The translations under genes and the position numbers were made by a program. The notes beneath the pieces were generated by a model, which searched no databases, was not told the origin of the DNA, and saw only the letters and a list, made by a program, of their open reading frames with translations. A DNA stretch of 64,000 bases. Source: Eledone cirrhosa (lineage: Eukaryota). The DNA is taken from the NCBI GenBank assembly GCA_964016885.1, contig OZ024743.1:315022001-315086000 (forward strand), in the 5' to 3' direction. Shown one piece after another: positions 1-14,614 of the stretch (its first letter is position 1; the number at the start of each line of letters is the position of its first letter).

Positions 1-1474
1 CATGAGACTCTGTGAAGGCATTTATCCAAAAATTTTGTATTTTGGCTTTTCCTGGGGATTTCCATTTGCTGGTTTTTCTTAGAGCCAAGCACAACTGTTC
101 AACTGTTATGTTTTCCCATATTTGTTCCTCAAGGTGAGCTGTATCTTTCATTTGTCTGTCTATCCATGGGCCATGTAGGTTATGAACTTTTTCTTCGGCC
201 CAGATCTTTTCCCAGAATTATTGCACTTCCTCCTTGGGTGGTATTGATTTAGCAGTTATTGTTGACTTACCCATTTTTCTGTAGAAGTTTCTTTGGTTGT
301 TTTTGAACATATTATTGTCCTTATAGAATCTAGATAGTTTTTCAAAGCGCCTTATACGAGCAGCTTTGGCCGACACTTTTTGCTTGATTATTTCTATCAG
401 CATGTCTATGTCACTTGTTGATTTTATACTATACTTTCTTTTCAATTTTCTAAGTTTAGTTTGTTTAACATGTTCACCTACTTTATAGTTTTTAAAATTT
501 CTATGTCAGATCGGAGAAGGTTTATTTGGCGATTGATGTTCTCTTGCCAAGTAGATTTCTTGTGGGAATTCCTTTGTTTTTTCATCTTCACTCCACATAA
601 ATGAGTGGTGACTTTAGCCGATGCATAATAGAGATGATTTAAATCAGTAATGTTTAGTTTGTTTGTGATGATAATGTTTTTGAGAATTATGTTAGTCTTG
701 TGTATTATCTTTTGGTTCTGTTTGGAGTTCTGGATCTTAGGGAGGGTGTGTGTGTGGGGGGGGGGTCTCGTTGCCCCATATCAGATTCTTTCATTTTCAT
801 CCATTCGATCATAATTTCATCATTCAAGTTGGCAAGTTCATTCTCATTCATTTCTTTATCATTTACGATCTCATTATTTTCATTTGGAGTTTAATCTTGA
901 GCATGCACTCCCTCCACTTTTTCGATCCTTTCTTTAATTTGTTCTGTTGCCAGTGATTCCGCCCCAACCCTGGGATTCGAAGTGTTACAATTTACCTCGT
1001 TTTCACTGACACATGTTTCATTTTCCCTTCGCTGACTTGGTGCTAATAGCTTGATCTGATCAATTTCTATATCAGTTAGTAACTTTCTTTTTACAATATT
1101 TATTCTTATATTGGCTAGTTTGTTACTGTCAATATAGCCTCTGTTTTCGGGATGTTTCTTTTTCCAGTTGATATATGTCTGTTCTGTATTCGATATATTT
1201 GATGGGTAGTACATGGCAGTGTAGAAAGCCTCAAGGACTTCTTTATTATCTTCCCTTGACCATTTTTCTCTCTTTTTCTTTGGATTTCTTGGTGGTGAGC
1301 ATGGAGGGCCAACAGTAGGAGTATTCCGGTTATGGGAGGTCTCCAGCTCCGAAGTGATGGGAAGGTTTGAACCATTAGCTGATTTTTCGACCCCAGTCTG
1401 GTTCCTCTCTGAGGGACGCGGCCCTTTTTTACCCGGGTGACGGCCGATCGGTATGAGATTTTATCATTAGACAT
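1..1474 (-). pseudogene. 5' part of a decayed R4/Dong-like non-LTR retrotransposon ORF, running off the left edge
   Basis: Frameshifted pieces: N-terminal 'KWSREDNKEVLEAFYTAMYYP...KLANIRINIVKRKLLTDIEID', 'IKQKVSAKAARIRRFEK...NNMFKNNQRNFY', 'WKSPGKAKIQNFWI'. Homologous to the element at 3193-6565 but a different family. Confidence 0.8.
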
Positions 1475-1720
1475 TTACTTTATTTTGTCGCGTTTTATCC
1501 TTATCCGCCAAGGGGTAATCATTTCGTGTTACCACTTCTAGAACGAGTATCAACCAAGACTAGAGGGGTCGTTCTCCGCTAGAGACACGGCTATTCCCCG
1601 CCATCCCGGTATTTCTTGATCACGGGGTTTTCTTTTTTGTTGTTGTTTTTAAATTGTTATTATCATGAGTGGTTCCTTAATGTGAGCATTGCGTGGCTTA
1701 AGAATGAAATTATCAATAAC

Positions 1721-1775
1721 AATAATTGTCTCCACTCCAGGCACAAGCCCAGCAATCACCCAGTGCATTACAATA
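1721..1775 (-). mobile_element. 3' fragment of tRNA-derived SINE (same family as 37971-38165)
   Basis: aattgtctccactccaggcacaagcccagcaatcacccagtgcattac resembles 48292-48340 and 50893-50942. Confidence 0.55.
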
Positions 1776-1920
1776 ATATAACATACTTTTTGCTGAAGTT
1801 GCCTGTTATTGTTGTTGGCTATGTCGGTGGTGGTGCTGGGGCTTTTTATATTGTTGGTGAGGAAGGGGGGAGCCAGTAGTGCCATAGTTGTTGACGTTTG
1901 GCCAGTGGCCAGGTCACTAA

Positions 1921-2634
1921 GTCAATCTATTTATATCTTTTGCTAGCCTCTCCCTTGTCTAGTGATACCACACCTTCCTCTTTCTTAAGTTAACAGGGGA
2001 ATAGTGGTGGTAGCAATGAAGGAATGGTGGCGGCGGTGATGGGGTAGTGGTAGCAATGATGGATGGAGTGGTGGCGGTGGTGGCGTTGTCGTTACTGAGT
2101 TTTGTTGAGTGGACTAGTTTTTTTATATGTAGTATCTATGCGTTTGTGTCGCCTATGTTTAATATGTGTGTTGAGATATTCCCGTAAAATTGGAATTAAA
2201 CATTTTGTTAAAACTTGAGACAATAATAATAGTAATTATTATTATGATGCTGGGATTGGTGGTGGTGGTGGTGAAATTGCCGTTATCTGGCTGTTATATT
2301 TAGTGTACACAGCGGGGTGATGGTGTAGGCGGTGTATCAAGTTTCTGGTGTTGGTAAAATTGCTGTTATTTGGCTGTTCTATATAGTGTAGACAGAGGGA
2401 GTTTTCTTCCATTTATAACCATTTTCTTTTTTGAATATAAAATATATAATACAAAATTGAATATTTGAGCGATATAACAATATATTATGGATCCCAAAAT
2501 TTATGAGACTTGATTCGGTGGTTTATGCATTTGTACTAAGAACTGTTATTTCACAATTGATTTAAATATGTTAAAAATCAAAAACTTACAGAAGCGATTT
2601 CATGACCTTCTACAACCTTGTGCGTCTTCTTCCC

Positions 2635-2640
<6 letters not shown>
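1921..2640. repeat. Non-coding block X, copy 1 (diverged paralog of 6990-7645)
   Basis: Shared strings e.g. ggtggtggtgaaattgccgttatctggctgtt, tggctgttctatatagtgtagacagag, cgtcttcttcccttatt; both copies are followed by (TTA)n. Confidence 0.85.
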
Positions 2641-2666
<26 letters not shown>

Positions 2667-2669
2667 GTT

Positions 2670-3072
2670 TTTATTTTCTTTCATTATTGTTTCTGAGATA
2701 TGTGCCGAGTGTCTTCTCGACATCTAGGGCAAATAAATTCAGTGTGCATTGGTAAGACAGTAAATACAGCACATTGAATGGGCCTTCTCTGAGTATGTGT
2801 CTGTAAATTAAAGGTGGAAAACTGGGAGAGGGCACTTGCCCTGGTGGTCAGGGCCACTGTGGTCTTTTAATGGGCTTTCTCCACAAATGTCCCTTGGAAG
2901 TCTCCCCCCTATTGGGGAATTTTTCTTTGTTATTTTATTTCAACCTCTGTTTTTTTACACGCAGAAATGCCCATTTGTACCGTCCTGTGTTGTCCTGTAC
3001 TGTCCTTAATGTCTACTTTATGTGAACCCTTGTGGTTAATAAAGAAAACATTATAATTAAAAAAAAAAAAAG
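2670..3072 (+). mobile_element. 3' end of an L1/Tx1-like LINE with AATAAA and poly(A)
   Basis: AATAAA near 3038 then a poly(A) run to ~3071; degenerate coding end 'KFSVHW*DSKYSTLNGPSLSMCL*'; shares tgtctacttta and aataaagaaa.cattat with ~52400-52520. Confidence 0.45.
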
Positions 3073-6000
3073 TATTATTATTATTATTATTATTATTGTT
3101 ATTATTATTATTGTTATTCCTTGAATCTCAGTCATTGATGTTGGTTAACTGGAAAGTCCGTTGGAATGAATATCAAGCCACTACCTGCAGCCTCAGATAT
3201 TCAGGACGTATCGGAGGGTTCTTGCTGTTCCCAGCAAGCATGCCTTTTGAAGCGTTCCAAAAAGCGTGAAGGGGCCGATTTTCTTTAACCATCCCAGTGC
3301 GCCTATGACAATCGGGATCACTTTGACTTCATGGCAGTTCCAAATCCTTTTCACCTCCCACTTTAGGTCCTAGTATCGGTTAATTTTCTCCCTCTCCTTC
3401 TCTTGCACTCTCGTGTCGAAAGGGCAGGCCACATCCACAATCAGACACGATCTTTTTTCTTTGTCCACAACCACCAGGTCAGGTCTATTGTGTTCCAGTT
3501 TTTTGTCCGTCTGTATCCTAAAATCCCACAGCACCTTCACCTGATTGTTCTCCATCACCGCCTCTGGCCTATGCTCATACCATTTCTCAGAATGTGGTAA
3601 ATTGTTTACTTTGCATAGGTGCCAGTGGATCACCCTGCCCATCACGTCGTGTCTCCAGCCCTTATAGTGGGTCTAGGCTAGGTGTTTACACTCGGACACA
3701 ATGTGAGCCACAGTCTCCTCTCTCTCTCTCCACAGATCCTGCACAGTGAGCTAGCCTCCTCCTTGTAAATATGGTGCTTCAACCACTTCGTCTTGAGGGC
3801 CTGCTCCTGCGCAGCCATTAGCATTCCTTCTGTAGCCTTTTTGAGGTCTCCTCTTCTCAACCAGTTCCATGTCTGTGGATCTCTAAATTCAGTTTTCTCA
3901 AAGAAGGTACTATGAAGGGATTTTCCCTTAAGGCCGCTCTTCCTCCTTGATGTTATTTCCTCCTTGGACATCCCCTGGCCTACTGTCCCCTCCTTCAGTA
4001 CAGTTCTGAGCATTGGCTCCTTACTATAGGTCACGTATTTGTATAGGTTGTTTTTCTCCATCTGAACACAGTCCTCTATGCTGATAAGACCTCTTCCACC
4101 CTCAGATCACCTTAGGTAGAGTCTATCGACATCACTCCTCTTGTGGAACATGTTGTAGATAGTCAGTAGCTTCCTAGTCTTCCTATCCATTTCTTTTTGT
4201 TCAGCAACATTCCATCTCAGAATTCCCGCACTGTACCTAATAATAGACACAGCTCGGGAATTTACTGCGCTTATGGCATTTCTGCTGTTCAGATGTGACT
4301 TCAATACGCTCCTTACTCTCCGAATGTATTCAGTTCTTAACAATTCCTTCATTTTTTTGTTCTTTATGCCATCAGCCTCCAGAACACCCAAATACTTGTA
4401 TCCTTCCTCAGAGTCAATTTCCTTTATCATCTCACCTGTTGGTATCTGGATCCCGTTACTTCTGCTCAACCAACCCCTCCTCATCACAATGACTCCACAT
4501 TTACTAATACCAAACTGCATACATATATCACTGCTGAAAATACGGACAGTGTCAACAAGCACATCCAACTCCTTCTCACTTTTCCCGAAGAGCTTAAGAT
4601 CGTCCATGAAGGGGAGGTGATTGATGGTAAGCTCTCCCTTTCCCAACTTGTATCCTGCTCTCACTTTTCGCAGCATAATGGTCAATGGCATCAGGGCAAG
4701 GACAAACAACAGAGGGACAGGCTATCTCCCTGGAAGATACCTCTCTTGATCTTCACGCTTCCCAAGGATACTCCAGTTGATGTCAACTCTGTCTCCCAGG
4801 ACCCCATACTCCTGCCCAGCAACTGTCTGATGTTATCTGCCACCCTGAAGATCTCCAGGCTTTTGGTGATCCAAGAATGAGCCACCATGTCAAATGCCTT
4901 TCTGTAGTCTATCCATCCCATGGCAAGATCAGTGTGTCTCCTCCTGCAATTCCCCATTACCATCTTATCAATAAGTAACTGGTCCTTTGTACCACGTGAC
5001 TTCTTTCGGCATCCTTTCTGTTCGTCCGGTAACAAGTTGTTTGTGTGGAGGTGATGGTAGATTTCCTCAGACACAATGCTTGTCAACAGTTTCCACATTA
5101 CGGACAGACATGTGATAGGTCTATAGTTGGTAACATCATTACCCTTGATTCGGTCTTTCATTATCAGAACTGTGGTACCTTTTGTCAACCACTCTGGCAC
5201 CTCACCCGACACTAAGCAGTCATTGAACATGGCCGTCAGCTTCGGGTGGAGGGATGTTAAATTTTTAATCCAATACCCCTGCACACCATATGGGCCTGGT
5301 GATTTCCAGTTGGTTAGTTTTTTGGCCTGCCCCTTAAGAGTTTCAACTGTGATACTCAAATCAGTTTGTTGGTGTGCCTGCTCACCGATCTCCCTCTGTA
5401 CTGTCTCAATCCACCCTGCCTGGACATTATGTCTAACATCCTGCTCCCATATTCCTCTCCAGAATGTTTTAGTTTGCTCCGCCTCAGGGATCAAGTCGTT
5501 GCCTCTTTCTTTCCGCTCAAGCTGTCCAAACAGCATCTTCTGGTTGTTGTCGAACATGCGGTTCTGTTTATACTGACTGACTCTGTTCTCGTATCGCCTG
5601 ATTTTTGCACTCTTTGCTACAATGCGTTGCTTCAGTTCCTCTATGATAATATTTAGCTTTTTCCTCCTAGTTTTGTACTTTATTTCCAGTCTATTTTTAG
5701 TGCCTATGTTTTTTAGTGTCCCATTCAGTAGTGACTCAAGCTTTCCTATGTCATTTCTCATTTCCCCGATTTGACCACTCAGTCGTTTCTTTCACCACGG
5801 CTCTGCTCTTTCTTGTCTGTTGTTTCCTCTCGCTTTTATACCAAGTAGTTTCCTCACCGTAGTTGCTGTTGCTTTGAGGATATTGTTGCACTGGTGAAGG
5901 CTCCTCGCCTCAAGGTATGGGATGACTTTGTTTACCTTAGCTGTTGTTTCTTTTAACTTTTTCCTGTCCACAAATCTTAGGTTCATAGGTCTCCCACTAT

Positions 6001-6700
6001 CATTGTTCAATTCATCTACCACTAAATTTAGGATGTCAACCGAATCTTGTCCTAGCCCGTCAGTATTCATCTCCTCAGTGGCCGTATCTCTGTTCCAGGT
6101 ATTATTTATCTCAGTATTCAGATCATTGTCTGCTTCGGGTGGTTCCTCCGTTCTCAGGACCTCTTCACCTTAATTTCCCACTGGCTCGCTTGTCTGGCAT
6201 ACTACACCCGCCATCTCCAAGCCATTCTCTCTGCTCAGTTCCTCCAGTTCCAGCTCGCTTATCCACCCATTAGTTCTTATTACCCGAGCCTGCCCGGCCA
6301 ATTTTTGTTTATCTAATTTAAATAGACCAATCTCGTTCCAGATGTTATGCATCCGTCTCCTGTAGCCCCTCTCCTTGGGGTTACTTTTCAGGTAACATTG
6401 CATAACAGTTCTATTCAATTCTTTCGTCCAGTTGGTTCTGGCCCCTTTCCTTCTTCTTCTTCTTCCTCCAACATCAGCAGTATTTGGTTGACAGTCAGGT
6501 TCCTGCTACTGAGCCAGGGGGCACTTGTTGGGTGAGAGTCTGTCACATGACGTTCTAGTCTCCATTTCACCGTTATTCGAACTGTTTATGTTCGATATTT
6601 AAACACTCTTATCGAGGATTGGCGAATGTATGGTTACATAGCCATCTGTGGATTCGCCGTTCCACTTGGCCCTTGTGTGGCATTATCACCACGCTGTATA
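3073..6700 (-). mobile_element. Near full-length decayed R4/Dong-clade non-LTR retrotransposon (RT, CCHC knuckle, restriction-like endonuclease) with (TAA)n 3' tail
   Basis: One ORF broken by frameshifts and stops from ~6565 to the stop at 3193; (TTA)n at 3073-3118 on + strand. Dong elements are known to target TAA repeats. Confidence 0.9.
3193..6565 (-). pseudogene. Disrupted RT-RLE polyprotein of the R4/Dong element
   Basis: RT motifs NYRPITCL, DYRKAFDMV, GIFQGDSLS, FMDDLKL, YKYLG; CRICG zinc knuckle; RHD; RPDLVVVD...DVACP...KEREKINRY; C-terminus LQKACLLGTARTLRYVLNI*. Confidence 0.9.
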
Positions 6701-6989
6701 CGAACACACATAAACAAACAAACACACAGGCAGAAAGGGCCCAAAAAATGAATAAGCATAAGTTTCATTGTAATGTAGTGTTCGAATGTCTGACTTAGTT
6801 TTAGTTTTTTTAGTTTTAGTTTTTCCCCCCTCTTCTCTGTCCGTCCGCCTGCTTCTCTCTTCATTCTTATTTTCTTTACGTTTTTTGTTTTTTTTTTGTT
6901 TTTGTTTTTCTCTGTTTGTTTTTCTCGTTTTTTGCTGTTGTTGCTGTGCTGCTTTGGTTTTGTTGTTTGTTTTTTCTTTTTTCTTTTGA

Positions 6990-7645
6990 GTCTATCTATA
7001 TATTTTGATGCCTTCCTCTTTTTTACTAGTAGGAATTCTATAATGTGGTGGCAGCAGCAAGCTAGGAGAAGTGGGAGACTGGCGGCGGTAGCGATACTGA
7101 GACAGTGGTGGTGGTGATGTCGATACCGAGGCAGTGGTGGTCAGTGAAGGAGTGAAGAGTGGTGGCGGCGGTGATGGGATAGTGGTGGTAATGATGGCAG
7201 TAGTGAGCGGTGGTGGTGAAATTGCCGTTATCTGGCTGTTGTGTTTAGTGTACACAGGTGATGAGGTGGGTGGTGTATCTAGTTTCTGGTGTTGGTGAGT
7301 TTGGCTGTTCTATATAGTGTATCTAGTTTCTGGTGATGGTGAGTTTGGCTGTTCTATATAGTGTAGACAGAGGAGAGGAGGGGGGGGGGGATTCTTCTAC
7401 CATTTATAGCCATTTTCTTTTTTGGATATACAGTGTACAATACAAAGTTGAATATTTGAATATTTGAGCCTTATAACAATATATTTTGGATCCGAATTTT
7501 TGGGGGCTCAAGCCGGGTGCTTTACGTAGCATTTGTATTAAGAGTTGTTATTTCACAAATGATTTAAATATGTTAAAAATTCAAAACTTACGGGAGGGAT
7601 TTCATGACCTCCGCACCTCGTGCGTCTTCTTCCCTTATTGTTATT
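6990..7645. repeat. Non-coding block X, copy 2
   Basis: Paralogous to 1921-2640; followed by (TTA)n at ~7638-7703. Confidence 0.85.
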
Positions 7646-7646
7646 A

Positions 7647-7702
<56 letters not shown>

Positions 7703-7985
7703 TGTTTAAATGAAACTTAAGCGTCAGTACGCCTCGTGAATCCGGCCGACAGGATAGAGGAAACATCGCTCTGACGACGGCGAGGGAAACGCGCTGAAAT
7801 AGCCACTAAAACGCATGGGTTTGCCACAGCGGGCAGCGAACTCCACTCCTATAGTAGTGAAAAGGTGTGTATTCTGGGGTCAAGGACGCTGGAAATCGTC
7901 ACTGCCACAGACTCAACCACACCCCTATCAGATGGGCCCGACACTTTGATAAGTTTCCCTCTTCTACTTGGCAGGCAGTGATCTT
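7638..7985 (-). mobile_element. 3' end of a CRE-clade non-LTR retrotransposon with (TAA)n tail
   Basis: Minus-strand translation with frameshifts: VESVAVTISSVLDPRIHTF...WLFQRVSLAVVR/DVSSILSAG...*, matching the CRE RLE C-terminal pattern PVAVETxGxxG...FQRxSxAVxRGNAxSIL. Confidence 0.7.
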
Positions 7986-8226
7986 CTTGATCTTCTTGAA
8001 TCAATACGTTGGCACCCATCAATATCTCTCCTTTTTTAGTTGCGGCTCATGAGTTAGTTTTTAACTTTCTCTAATTTGTAAATAGTTGTTAAGACTATCG
8101 TCTTTTCCTTTGTCCATTTCTATCGATTTTAAAACACTGATACAAAATTCCTCCAACAGTCGACTGTGTATATTCATCTATTTTCATGACTTCGACCACA
8201 ATTGTTTATTCATTACACACACACAC

Positions 8227-10060
<1,834 letters not shown>

Positions 10061-10413
10061 GGAAAGTCATATTTAAATTGTTGGGTTAACAACGAGTAAA
10101 TATTTATAACTGATATAAAAGCACTCAACAAGTATTTGGAGTATATTTATGATATTAAATAAATGGAAACTATATTTATAAAACCATATTTATTTCATTA
10201 TATATATTTCAGGGATAACATATTAACAATATGGTATGCCTTCTTCAGACAAAATACAATATAAACAGTCTTATAAATAAATAGATACGACATACCTTTC
10301 AATCGACTTGCATTTGGGAAGTTGATTTGGCAGTCCCATATTGTTATCCCTGAAATATATATAATGAAATAAATATGGTTTTATAAATATAGTTTCCATT
10401 TATTTAATATCAT
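10061..10413. mobile_element. Hairpin (inverted pLTR) insertion of Hydra-type PLE family 1
   Basis: Minus arm 10061-~10295 includes a ~90-nt tail; plus arm ~10342-10413; both match the 3' end of the element at ~14470-14618. Confidence 0.85.
10191..10256 (-). ncRNA. Type I hammerhead ribozyme (family 1 pLTR)
   Basis: TATTTTGT-CTGAAGA-AGGCATACCATATT GTT AATATGTTATCCCT-GAA-ATATATAT-A-ATGAAATA. Confidence 0.8.
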
Positions 10414-10438
10414 ATATATATATATATATTTATATGTT

Positions 10439-10477
<39 letters not shown>

Positions 10478-10498
10478 GTGTGTGTGTATATATATATG

Positions 10499-10565
<67 letters not shown>

Positions 10566-10568
10566 GTT

Positions 10569-10609
<41 letters not shown>

Positions 10610-10654
10610 GTATGTATACGCACATACATATATGTATACAGACGTACAGTAGCA

Positions 10655-10692
<38 letters not shown>

Positions 10693-10738
10693 CAGGTACA
10701 CCGCTAAACTGATACGTACATATATATATGTGTACCTG

Positions 10739-10815
<77 letters not shown>

Positions 10816-10870
10816 CTTTACATGTATCTTGCTCCAATACTGTTGAGCGCTTTATATTATAACTGGAAAA

Positions 10871-13087
10871 ATGGAATTCTTTAAGATTACTTCCTCTCTA
10901 AAAGACATACCTCTACCTAGAAACAAAGACTTTATAAAACAATTAATAGATAAATCTGACTCTTTTATAAGGAGAATCAGGTGGCGTGCATTCCACTTTG
11001 ATAAATCTAATGCAGATGAAAATGTCTCGGACTTAAACAAAGTTTTCAAATCTAAAAGAAATCCACCCCCTAACAAACTTTTATCTGACTTTGAAAACGA
11101 TATAATTTCTATCATACAAGGGGTCAAATTCAAGAGAAACTTCAAAGGCCAGGAATATCTGAAAGGCATTAAGGATAACATTGAGAGCTTAGAGAAAACT
11201 GAGAAGATCTTGGTGAAATCTGACAAGACCAACAACCTCTATGGAGTGCGGAAAGACATGTATAATGGCCTCATACTGAAAGAGCTGAGGAAAAAGTACA
11301 AGGTAGCAGATAAGGCCGAACTTGAGAAAATGAATGTCGAAGCATCTTGTATAATGCACGAGTTGGAAATTGAGAACATAACACAACCTTTCGTGCCCAG
11401 GAAACCGAAGATCAATATGAAGGACCACAAGAGGAATTTTGAAAATGACCTGCCAGTTAGATTGATCGCACCTTCAAAATAATCGGACCTGGGCAAATTA
11501 AGCAAAAACATTCTTGACAGGGTGATACAGCAAATTAAGAACTTGGATTGTGTATCTAACCTGAGCTTGTGGAAGGGAACTGGAGAGGTTGTTGAGTGGT
11601 TTAGGCAAATTAAATATAACAATAATAATAGGTTTATTCAACTTGATATAGCTAACTATTATTCTTCTATTACCCCTAGTCTACTAAATAAGGCACTAAA
11701 TTACGCATTCAAACATACGGACCTAACTAGCAAAGAAATGCATATTATATTATCGGCTAGGAAAACTTTGATAGAATTTAATGACAAATTATGGACCAGA
11801 GCAGATAGAGATAGCAATTTTGACATAACTATGGGATCTTCCGACTCAGCTCAGGTAACTGACCTTGTGGGCTTATTTTTAATCAATTCGCTACATAGGA
11901 AAATACCTGGTACTACCGTAGGTTTATATAGGGATGACATGCTTTTACTTATTAATAATAATAACCCTGAACTAAATAGAAAATGTAAACAAATTACAAA
12001 ATTTTTTAATTACTTTAACCTTAAAATAGAAATTGAGAACAACCATAGAATAGTCAATTTCCTAGATATAACATTAAATCTCAACACATGTCTCCACCAT
12101 CCTTTTCACAAGTTGAATGAAAACTTAAACTATGTCAACTTTAACTCTAACCACCCCAGATCTGTCAAAAACACTATAGTAAACTCAGTTCAAAAACGTA
12201 TCTCTAGGATCTCGTCGAATAGAAAGATTTTCGACGAAAAGGCCCAATACTATAATGAAGCATTAGCTAGGGCAGGATATGCTGATAAGATTGTGTACAT
12301 AGATAATGATAGACAAACTAAACAAAGTAACAACTTTTTTAATTACGGCAACAACATTAACAACTATAATAGAAAGCATTACAATAATTCCAAAGGCCAA
12401 AAAAGAAATAGAACTAGGAACATAATTTGGTTTGCCCCCCCTTTCTCACTAAACATTAAAACCCACATCGCTAAATTATTTTTCAAAGCTCTTGATAATC
12501 GCTTCCCTAGAACACATAGGTATCACTCAATTTTCAATAGGCATACAATTAAATTAACCTACTCATCCACCAAAAATTTAGCACAAAATATTAATAGAAT
12601 AAATAATAGGAACTTAAAACCTAGTGATAATAGCATAAATAATATACAAGTTAACAAATGTAACTGTAGAGATAGATCTAAATGTCCGTTAAATAACAAC
12701 TGCTTAGTTAAAAATATAATATACGATTGTATTGTTAATACTGACTCTAATTCTTTTAACTACGTCGGTTCCACATCGACGGAATTTAAACTTCGCTTTA
12801 ATAACCACAAGAATTCTTTCACAGATCCAAGTAAAAAATCTTCAACGGCACTATCAGGCGTACTCTGGCAACTTAAGCTAGATAGCGTTAGATATTCGAC
12901 GGCTTGGAATATAGTCTCAAGAGGGATTCCTTTTAATTCATCCTCTGAGACATGTGACCTCTGCGCAGAGGAGATATTCTTTATACTAAAATCTAAAAAT
13001 TCCCTTAACCTACGGACACATTTATTCAGTTGTTGCAAACATAGATTAAACTCAACGTTTAAATATAAATTTAAATTTAAAATGTAG
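10871..13087 (+). pseudogene. PLE reverse transcriptase with C-terminal GIY-YIG endonuclease (~738 codons, one in-frame TAA at 11480-11482)
   Basis: ORFs 10871-11482 and 11522-13087 are in frame (RLIAPSK*SDLGKLSK). RT motifs LDIANYYSSI, MGSSDS, YRDD, NFLDI, SNHP; CxCx5C linker (CNCRDRSKC); IIY...YVGST...RFNNH, CDLCAEE, LN. Confidence 0.9.
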
Positions 13088-14511
13088 TATATTTAGTTTG
13101 ATTTATATTTATATGGGAAACTAGCCGATAAATTTTTGATTCCTAAATTTTTGATTCCTTCTTTTTATTCTTTTTTATTGTTTATTTTTATTTTATTTTT
13201 ATTTAAACATTCCTCATGAAAAATTAAGCTACCCTAAAAGCTGATGCTCCAAATGTTTTGAATAAACCTTACACTAGATAAACTTCTATATTAAATATAA
13301 GAACATATGTAGACCAATTTGGACATCATAAACTTTTTGAAATGATCTTTGCTAGATGTGATTTGATAGATAATTTTTGGCTTTGTCTTGTAATGAACTT
13401 GGCAATATATTGTCAATTAACTTTGAAGGGTTGATCTTTGTGGTTTATTTTTATTTTTATTTTTTATTACTGTAGTATTTTATAATTATTTTTTATTTTT
13501 TATTTTTATTTTTATTTTTATTTTTAATATCTTTAATATGTAAATTTTTAATACGTAATATTTTTTAATACGTAATATTTTTAATATGTAATATTTTTAT
13601 TATGTAATATTCTTTCGTAATATTTTTTTATTTTTTTAGTTTTCTATTTTATTATTACTTATTTTTACTTATTATTATTATTGTTATCTTTTTATTTTTT
13701 TAGTTTTGTTTCTGATATATATTTTTATTAGTATATTGAAATCTGCTCTCTATTTCTGCTTGATAGATAATCTTGTAGAGTAAAGACAGGAATAATAATA
13801 CACATATATGTATGCTCAAATTTTTATACCACATTGAGAATGTTTTCCGTGAACTTAGAGTTTGCAGAGTGAATCATGTGGATTCGCATGGATGTTTGTA
13901 GCTGTCACATAAACATATGAATTTTTTTAAAACTAAACATAAGATAATTAATTTTCACACACTATGGATACTTGTCTCATTCAGGAATACTGATATTTAC
14001 AATATAGTGTAAGTTTTATAAATACTAATACATTAAAACATAGGGTTTTTACGCCTCGAATATATCTGGCTATTTTTTAATTTTTTTCTCTCGCTATTTT
14101 TTTCTCTCTCTATATTTTTTCTCTCTCTATATATCTCCCTTACATTAATACTTGAGCTAAATAAATAAATAAATAAATATATGTATCATTGATACATTTA
14201 CTCAAAATGACCTCCCACTACCTAATTTTCTATATATATATGTATCTATCTCTATTTCCTCTCTCTATATATATATCTCTTTCTGTTTCTTTACATGAAG
14301 TTCTTCGCTTTATCTATCTTTCCATCTCTCTATTTTGTTCCATGCATTTCTTCTTTTTCTTCCTTTTCTTCGTTTTCTGTCTTTCTTTCTTTTTTCTCTC
14401 TTTCTTTCTCTCTGTGTAAAATTTTTTCACTGCCAGCTTAAACCTCTTCAAATGGAAGTCGGTGTTATAACGGTATGTCGAATCTATTTATCTATAAAAC
14501 TGTTTATATTG

Positions 14512-14577
14512 TATTTTGTCTGAGGAAGGCATAGCATATTGTTAATATGATATCCCCGAAATATATATAATGAAATA
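14512..14577 (+). ncRNA. Type I hammerhead ribozyme in the 3' pLTR
   Basis: TATTTTGT-CTGAGGA-AGGCATAGCATATT GTT AATATGATATCCCC-GAA-ATATATAT-A-ATGAAATA; A-C mismatch at the base of stem II in this copy. Confidence 0.75.
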
Positions 14578-14614
14578 AATATGGTTTTATAAATATAGTT
14601 TCCATTTATTTAAT

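Noticed and set aside
1495-1570. Possible HDV-like ribozyme in the 5' UTR of the first Dong-like element (minus strand)
   Set aside because: P1, P2 and P3 could be only partly paired and the spacing was wrong; needs an Infernal or RNArobo search.
3403-6173. Plus-strand ORFs overlapping the Dong element (likewise minus-strand ORFs within 10852-13038)
   Set aside because: Antisense shadows of RT coding sequence with no recognisable motifs.
7767-7797. Hammerhead-like CTGACGA...GAAACGCG on the + strand
   Set aside because: Stems I and II do not pair; it is the antisense of the CRE coding motif FQRVSLAVVR.
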